A stretch of 50,996 nucleotides of DNA from a virus (lineage: Duplodnaviria; Caudoviricetes). Location: positions 1 to 50,996 of the IMG/VR virus record IMGVR_UViG_3300027743_000036; one strand, written 5' to 3'. The notes under the pieces were generated by a model, which saw only the letters and a program-made list of their open reading frames with translations, was not told where the DNA came from and did no database searches. Positions 45,936-50,996 of this stretch are shown piece by piece (the first letter of the stretch is position 1; each line of letters starts with the position of its first letter). A program made the position numbers and the translations under genes.

Positions 45936-46094
45936 ATGGGAAAGAACATGAAACACGCTCTGGCGTTCGTCCGTAAGTATCCAGGCTGGCATAGCTATGA
46001 TAGGCGCAGCCGGTGTACCGTACTGGCGATTCGCCGTCTGGCTGCGCGCGGACTTGTGGAAATGACCGGTTATCAATTCAGGGCCACGACATAA
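45936..46094 (+). CDS. Small winged-helix-like early protein (52 aa)
   Basis: GAGGAG RBS; ...AIRRLAARGLVE...; not in ORF track. Confidence 0.6.
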   Translation: MGKNMKHALAFVRKYPGWHSYDRRSRCTVLAIRRLAARGLVEMTGYQFRATT

Positions 46095-46179
46095 CCCCCG
46101 GACTACGGGCCACGACCGCGTGACCCGTCCCCGGCGATTATGCCGCAAGCCCCTACGGGGCAGAAAGCAGGGTGAAAGC

Positions 46180-46557
46180 ATGGATATTAGACGAGCGTTG
46201 ATTAACCTGATAGATGTACCAGATGATGCGGAGCGCATCGACGTCGCCCGCGCCGCCCTTGCCGACGGGCCGACCCTGATGAGTGTCAGAATCAAGCATG
46301 AGCTTGACCTGAACCCGGATACAATCGGCGTCTATGCCATAGCCACAGTCCAGTACCCTATCGGCAGCGGGAGTTACCGCCTACAAACGTTTGAGTCCGG
46401 CGGGCTATGGGGTATTGCGAGCGACAGCGAGCCCGGCTATATCGAGGAAGTCGATCAAGAGCAACTTGACGACTTGCGCGGGCACCTGGAGCGTTTCGGC
46501 GTCAACGTCGAGAACTTCACAGTGTTGGCGGCTAAGGCCGCCGTGGTGAAGGAGTAG
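46180..46557 (+). CDS. Hypothetical early protein
   Basis: AGGGTGA RBS; SGGLWGI.SD motif. Confidence 0.65.
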   Translation: MDIRRALINLIDVPDDAERIDVARAALADGPTLMSVRIKHELDLNPDTIGVYAIATVQYPIGSGSYRLQTFESGGLWGIASDSEPGYIEEVDQEQLDDLRGHLERFGVNVENFTVLAAKAAVVKE

Positions 46558-46597
46558 AGTTGCGGGTAAAGACAACCCCAAATCGAGGACAGAGACA

Positions 46598-46780
46598 ATG
46601 GCAACACCGCACAAACTCACATTCAGACAAGGATACGAGGACGCCAAACAGGACTATATCAATGGTGAATACGGATCAGACTTTACGGGCCTGCCCACTG
46701 AATACGTGCGCGGCTATGTTGCCGGACAGCGCGAATGTCTGATGCGGGAACATACCATATTGAAAAGACTAAAAGGGTAG
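46598..46780 (+). CDS. Hypothetical early protein
   Basis: GAGGA RBS; F.QGY.D / Y..GY..G repeat. Confidence 0.6.
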   Translation: MATPHKLTFRQGYEDAKQDYINGEYGSDFTGLPTEYVRGYVAGQRECLMREHTILKRLKG

Positions 46781-46853
46781 GCCCTGTCTCCGGTCGAGCG
46801 CGGACCATGTGCCGCGCCCATCCGGCGATAGTGCCGACTAAAGGGTGAAAGCA

Positions 46854-47147
46854 ATGGAACGAGTGACGAAAGCAGATGTAACGTATTGGTTTGACCGGCT
46901 ATGTGCTGCGCTTGGCAAATCGAAAACGCCCTGGCGCACAGAAGACGGCAAATCTGTTGCCAATATTGGCGCATGGTACCTAGACCACAACCCCATATAT
47001 GGGGGTTATGTGGTCTATGAGATGATGAATGAAGGCGGCGGCGCTCGGGAACCATTCGGGCCTTATCGCAAGCGGCCCGCCGAGTTTGTCGCGGCGGTAC
47101 GGTTTGCCCTGGACGCGATAGAGATTGACCGTCAGGGTAGAAAATAG
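46854..47147 (+). CDS. Hypothetical early protein
   Basis: AGGGTGA RBS; YGGY...NEGGG. Confidence 0.65.
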   Translation: MERVTKADVTYWFDRLCAALGKSKTPWRTEDGKSVANIGAWYLDHNPIYGGYVVYEMMNEGGGAREPFGPYRKRPAEFVAAVRFALDAIEIDRQGRK

Positions 47148-47223
47148 AGGCTTTCACCCGGCCCGCGCTGTCCCCGGTCGTTAATCCCGGCCCGACGGCG
47201 CGGGCCATAGGGAGGTAATAGAT

Positions 47224-47532
47224 ATGAGCACGGTAATGATAACCGCGACACTTGAGGCTCTGAATAGCCGCCGCGATATTTACGGCAAGCGGTGTGCTTT
47301 ACGATTTACCGACCATGCTACCGGCAAGGTAGTTTGCGGCACGGTATCGGGCGGAGAATCGAACATCTACGGTGTATTGCGGCACTGGAACACCCCGGAC
47401 GATTGGGACCGTTCTATTAGGTTTGAACAGCACGAACTACCGATATGCGAGTTTAACCGGCTTGTCAAAGATTGGGCATACGCCGGATATCAGTCTGAGG
47501 ATCTGGCAAAGTTTATCCGTGACCGGCTGTAG
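47224..47532 (+). CDS. Hypothetical early protein
   Basis: GGGAGGT RBS. Confidence 0.65.
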   Translation: MSTVMITATLEALNSRRDIYGKRCALRFTDHATGKVVCGTVSGGESNIYGVLRHWNTPDDWDRSIRFEQHELPICEFNRLVKDWAYAGYQSEDLAKFIRDRL

Positions 47533-47541
47533 AGCACTTAA

Positions 47542-47637
47542 CCCGGCGGGCGCACGTCACGCCCTGCATAGGGTGTCTGATGTCTCCTCACATAGCTTGC
47601 CAGCATTGTTAGGCACATCACCGACACGCCCGCCGGG
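47542..47637 (+). ncRNA. Putative structured antisense RNA (C4/CI-like)
   Basis: 11-bp closing stem, side hairpin, apical arm complementary to PE3 and PE1 leaders. Confidence 0.6.
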
Positions 47638-47643
47638 ATTTAT

Positions 47644-47687
47644 GCCCCGACAGCAGCCGCCCGGAGCAAGACCGGGCCGGGGCTTTT
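47644..47687 (+). terminator. Stem-loop + T-tract directly after the putative antisense RNA
   Basis: GCCCCG...CCCGG-AGCAAGA-CCGGG...CGGGGC-TTTT. Confidence 0.5.
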
Positions 47688-47731
47688 GTGACCGGCAAGT
47701 GAATTCGAACAGCGATTGAAAGGGATGGAAA

Positions 47732-48076
47732 ATGAAGCGTGGATATCAGGAATTTCATCTGACAACGGGCGAGGTTATTTCGGTCCCTACAGACCTGGAT
47801 GGTGAATCGTTTGAGTGGCTCGGACAGTGCAGCTATGAGGAGCTTGGCCTGAAAGATGTTGACGATGACAGCGTCAATATTAAGTGCCTCAATGCTAGGG
47901 GGGATGACGTGGCACGTCAAGTTGAAATGCTCTACGACGCCGAGGAGTCCGCTCCCGATGCGACTGAAAAGGATGAGGAACAAGGGATCGACCCTATCGG
48001 AGAAATCTGGGCGGCTTTCTGTGATGCCACGGACTCCGCAGATTTCGCGCGGCGATTGGCTGAACTCAACCATTAG
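47732..48076 (+). CDS. Acidic early protein
   Basis: Very Asp/Glu-rich, 114 aa; AAAGGG RBS. Confidence 0.65.
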   Translation: MKRGYQEFHLTTGEVISVPTDLDGESFEWLGQCSYEELGLKDVDDDSVNIKCLNARGDDVARQVEMLYDAEESAPDATEKDEEQGIDPIGEIWAAFCDATDSADFARRLAELNH

Positions 48077-48088
48077 CACATTTTTTAT

Positions 48089-48446
48089 CCCCGCCCGGCA
48101 AGCTCAGGTCCGACTCCTGAGCGGGGCAAATGTGAGTAATGAGCAAAGGCGAAAGCAAGCTACAAATCAGGAGTGTAAGCATGGAAACGAAACACCCACG
48201 GCCACACGATGCCGATGAAAATGACCACGGATTGGGCGTTGGCATAACATGCTCACATTGCGACGGTTACGGCACGCACAAAAACGGCCACATGTGCAAA
48301 TGGTGTGATGGTACTGGCGTAGTCACCTCATACCGGGACGGTACGATTGAATACGCAAACGGCAAACGAACTCTACCCTGATGAGAACTGACGCATTTTT
48401 CAACCCAGCCCCGCCCGGCAAGCTCAGGTCCGACTCCTGAGCGGGG
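48089..48446 (+). repeat. 38-bp direct repeats CCCCGCCCGGCAAGCTCAGGTCCGACTCCTGAGCGGGG (48089-48126, 48409-48446)
   Basis: Exact copies flanking one ORF; each folds into a hairpin with a 7-nt loop. Confidence 0.9.
48181..48381 (+). CDS. Small DnaJ-type Zn-finger protein
   Basis: CSHCDGYG...CKWCDGTG; AGGAG RBS. Confidence 0.65.
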   Translation: METKHPRPHDADENDHGLGVGITCSHCDGYGTHKNGHMCKWCDGTGVVTSYRDGTIEYANGKRTLP

Positions 48447-48489
48447 ATTTAACCGGGCCGACAGGCCCCCAGAATGAGAGGGTGAAAGT

Positions 48490-48765
48490 ATGAAAATACG
48501 ATACGCAGTAGACGAATCGACTGGCTATGTAGTCAGTCAGAACATGGCGACAAAGGAGCTTGCCTTTGTCGTGATCGACTTTGACCAGATGGGGCCGGAT
48601 GATGCATTCGCTATTAAAGGCCATCTGGAGAAGTGCAGCATGTATGAATGGCCCGCATCGTGCTGGCCGTACTTGACCTGGACCCGCAAGATCCCCGTAG
48701 AGCTAAAAAATAGACATCGTGCATTTTGGGGCCTGGCACCCCTGCCCGTGGAGGCGCAAGTATGA
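48490..48765 (+). CDS. Hypothetical early protein
   Basis: AGGGTGA RBS. Confidence 0.65.
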   Translation: MKIRYAVDESTGYVVSQNMATKELAFVVIDFDQMGPDDAFAIKGHLEKCSMYEWPASCWPYLTWTRKIPVELKNRHRAFWGLAPLPVEAQV

Positions 48766-49352
48766 TCTCGATACCAAAGGTAGAACCGGCAGTGAAGCTC
48801 CCCGCGAAAATCGCCCGGCTGCTAAAATCGGCCACATACCCCCCGCACGGTAGTCACCTGCGTGACGCAGCTGTTTGCATCCAGTGTGTCTATGCCGACG
48901 AGCAAGGCACTCTGGTAGCTACAGACGGCAAGCGGATGGTCATTGTACATAGGCAAACTGCAATGTCCCCCGGCCTGTGGAGACCACAGACCGGGCGCAC
49001 CTTTATCCGCGACCATGCAACAGAGGCGACAGTGAGGGAGGCCCGCGGCAAGCGGGGCCTGTTTGTGGAGTGGCGCGACTATGTGACCGCGCCCTATGAG
49101 TACCAGCCGGAGGAGACGTTGGTATCATACAGCACTCTATCGACTGCGATTCAGGGGGCTTGCGTCAGAGCGCGCGCCTACATAGACTGGGTGCTGTTTG
49201 CCGATACCGTGCGGGCCATAGAGGACATATACTGCGATGAGATCAGGGTGAAGTGCCCGGTCGATAACACGCGACCAACAATGGTCGAAATGTATAAGGG
49301 CAAGGCTGTATTCGTCCAGGCCATCTTTATGCCGTACAACGGAGACAGATAG
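48762..49352 (+). CDS. Hypothetical protein with beta-clamp-like motifs
   Basis: LVATDGKRM and C-terminal AIFMP. Confidence 0.5.
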   Translation: MISIPKVEPAVKLPAKIARLLKSATYPPHGSHLRDAAVCIQCVYADEQGTLVATDGKRMVIVHRQTAMSPGLWRPQTGRTFIRDHATEATVREARGKRGLFVEWRDYVTAPYEYQPEETLVSYSTLSTAIQGACVRARAYIDWVLFADTVRAIEDIYCDEIRVKCPVDNTRPTMVEMYKGKAVFVQAIFMPYNGDR

Positions 49353-49365
49353 TCTCCGATTTCGC

Positions 49366-49393
49366 TTGACTTCTTCCTCGCATGTGGTATACT
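49366..49393 (+). promoter_or_regulatory. sigma70-like rightward promoter at 3' end of integrase gene
   Basis: TTGACT-16 nt-TATACT with extended TG. Confidence 0.7.
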
Positions 49394-49395
49394 AT

Positions 49396-50202
49396 TTAGG
49401 TAGCGAAACCCTCTGTCTGGCCGATGAGATCTACCGGGAGCAAATGACAATAGACCTGCTCCGTGATTGCCAGCGAGCTATGCCCCAATATCTTACTGAT
49501 TACCTTTGCGGGCCTGCCCGCTTTAAACATCCGAGTAGTCCAAAAATGTCTTAGGGCATGGGGGCCGAACGCGGCGATACCGCAACGTACCGCCAGCCGC
49601 CCGCATAGGCGGTCCATCGCGCTCGGCGTCCCATACCTCTTGAGAAAGCGCAGTGTGTCTTGATCGTGGTTGCGTGTCAAAATATCCCTCGCTATGCTAT
49701 CCAGCGGAACGGTGCGGGGTTTACGCCCCTTACCACACGGGACTCGAACCGACAGCATATCGGGGGCAATGTCCTTCCATCGCAACCGCAACAGTTCCCC
49801 CCGGCGAACGCCGGTATGGGCAAAGAATTGGATCACGTCTTTTTCCATCGGCTCGCAGACCGCCAGCACGCGGGCATACTCCTCCTCAGTGAGCACCCGC
49901 TGCTCAGGATCATTGGGGGCCAGCGCGGGCACCTGTGCGGCCAGGTTGGGCAAACCATGTCGCTCGTGCTGCCACGTCCAGAACGATTTGAGCGCGGCCA
50001 GATGCGAGTTGGTGGTGTTACGGCACCGCTCGATCAGCAGCACATCTATGTATTGCTCGATGTGCAGGACTGTGACCTGTGGCAAGGGCGGGCTTTGCGT
50101 AAACGCGGCAAACCGCATCAGAATGCGTCTGTATTGATCGACCGTGTACGGGCTATAGTTTCGCCTGCAATAAATAAGCCACTCTGCTACTGCATTTTTC
50201 AT
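49396..50202 (-). CDS. int: Tyrosine recombinase/integrase (XerC/D-like)
   Basis: TGVRRGEL (R), GKGRK (K), HALRH, LGHSS, VY; N-terminal core-binding domain. Confidence 0.92.
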   Translation of the reverse strand: MKNAVAEWLIYCRRNYSPYTVDQYRRILMRFAAFTQSPPLPQVTVLHIEQYIDVLLIERCRNTTNSHLAALKSFWTWQHERHGLPNLAAQVPALAPNDPEQRVLTEEEYARVLAVCEPMEKDVIQFFAHTGVRRGELLRLRWKDIAPDMLSVRVPCGKGRKPRTVPLDSIARDILTRNHDQDTLRFLKRYGTPSAMDRLCGRLAVRCGIAAFGPHALRHFWTTRMFKAGRPAKVISKILGHSSLAITEQVYCHLLPVDLIGQTEGFAT

Positions 50203-50312
50203 ACCGCACCTTTTTCGTATCATCGGCCGAAGAGGATGGCGGGTTTACGAAAAACTCTATACGTCGAAAGTATGGCGCACCCGCGCGGTCCGCCTGGCCA
50301 TAATCAGCAGAT

Positions 50313-50341
50313 AGTCTACCACTAAGGGTCAAACAAGTCAA
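50313..50341 (-). promoter_or_regulatory. sigma70-like integrase promoter
   Basis: Minus strand TTGACT-17 nt-TAGACT with extended TG. Confidence 0.75.
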
Positions 50342-50379
50342 GAAAAATCTGCGCAGAAAATATGCGCTGAGGAGGAACT

Positions 50380-50996
50380 ATGGCTACCCGCTACAAACTG
50401 ACAGACCAGGACGGATATACCCGTCGCGGCCAGTCGAACGAAACACTGTGGAAAATTGGTGAATGGGTAGAGGCGACTGGCAACCCACGCCAAGACTTAT
50501 GCTCAGACGGCTGGATACACTGGTATAGCCACCCCCTGTTGGCCGTACTTATGAATCCGATACATGCCTGCATAAAAAACCCCCGGCTGTGGGAGATCGA
50601 GACAGGCGGGGAGGAGAAGACAGATCACGAGTTGAAGGGTGGATCACGTCGCGTCCGGTCGATAAAGGAGTTGCCCGTGCCGCGGGTCACTACGGCGCAA
50701 CTGGTGCGCGTCGCAATTCTGTGCGGTAAGAAGGTCTACAAAGATGTCAAATGGCTGCAATGGGCCGATGGTTGGTTGTCCGGCAAGGATAAGTCCGCCC
50801 GCGCCGCCCGCGACGCCGCCGCCGCCTGCGCCGCCTATGCCGCCGCCGACGCCGCCTATGCCGCCCGCGACGCCGCCGCCGCCTGCGCCGCCGCCTGCGC
50901 CGCCTATGCCGCCGCCGACGCCGCCTGCGCCGCCTATGCCGCCGCCGACGCCGCCCGCGACGCCGCCGCCGCCTGCGCTGATACAACGATAGACCT
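50380..50996 (+). CDS. Ala-rich repeat phage protein (continues across junction to 176)
   Basis: GAGGAGG RBS; MATRYKLTD...LCSDGWIH...WADGWLSGKD + (AAY/AAC/ARD) repeats; open to window end. Confidence 0.8.
   Translation, partial: MATRYKLTDQDGYTRRGQSNETLWKIGEWVEATGNPRQDLCSDGWIHWYSHPLLAVLMNPIHACIKNPRLWEIETGGEEKTDHELKGGSRRVRSIKELPVPRVTTAQLVRVAILCGKKVYKDVKWLQWADGWLSGKDKSARAARDAAAACAAYAAADAAYAARDAAAACAAACAAYAAADAACAAYAAADAARDAAAACADTTID
50871..50996. repeat. Terminal direct repeat / circular assembly overlap (copy 2)
   Basis: Identical to 5-130. Confidence 0.9.

Noticed and set aside
48100-48126. tRNA gene or tRNA-derived attP suggested by GGTCCGACTCC
   Set aside because: No D or anticodon arms and no acceptor stem; only a T-loop-like hairpin
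46276-48400. Other CTGATGAG hits (~46276, ~48378) as further hammerheads
   Set aside because: No stem II followed by GAAA and no stems I/III
44387-48446. Possible CRISPR array from the 20-bp and 38-bp repeats plus Cas4-like nuclease
   Set aside because: Only two copies each, separated by whole genes; no cas operon; the nuclease sits in a standard recombination module
45936-50202. Integron interpretation (hairpin-separated small ORFs next to a tyrosine recombinase)
   Set aside because: The recombinase is short with no evident IntI-specific insertion, is convergent with the array, and the hairpins lack clear attC RYYYAAC/GTTRRRY ends
50251-50282. dif-like/attP site in the integrase leader (minus GGTGCGCCATAC-TTTCGAC-GTATAG)
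   Set aside because: Only partial resemblance to a XerC arm and a 4-bp inverted repeat; needs a host junction to support
50744-50992. Poly-Pro and poly-Arg ORFs
   Set aside because: Alternative frames of the Ala-rich gene starting at 50380

Overview
This window looks like the essentially complete, circularly closing genome (~51 kb, GC-rich) of a tailed dsDNA phage, probably temperate and with podovirus-type organisation. Bases 5-130 are identical to 50871-50996, and one ORF reads across the junction. There are three blocks. (i) A + strand replication/middle block (50380->17138) encodes an HTH regulator, nucleotide-metabolism genes, family A DNA polymerase, VRR-NUC and PD-(D/E)XK nucleases, an AAA ATPase, SSB, an MT-A70 methylase, a primase-helicase and a full RecG. 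(ii) A - strand late operon (43301->17133) encodes a trypsin-like protease, terminases, portal, scaffold, capsid, adaptor, tail and ejection proteins. (iii) A + strand early region (43971->49352) has small ORFs behind sigma70-like promoters, separated by structured repeats, followed by a - strand XerC/D-like tyrosine recombinase. The most notable signals are non-coding: a canonical hammerhead ribozyme in the late-operon leader; a ~96-nt structured RNA complementary to the leaders and RBS of the early transcripts (C4/CI-like, in a phage with no recognisable CI protein); a 27-bp exact repeat in front of both the late operon and an HTH gene; and a ~99-bp perfect purine-pyrimidine alternation between divergent promoters. 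The tail nozzle gene also appears split into separately encoded pieces. All product calls come from motif recognition by eye; no database search was run.
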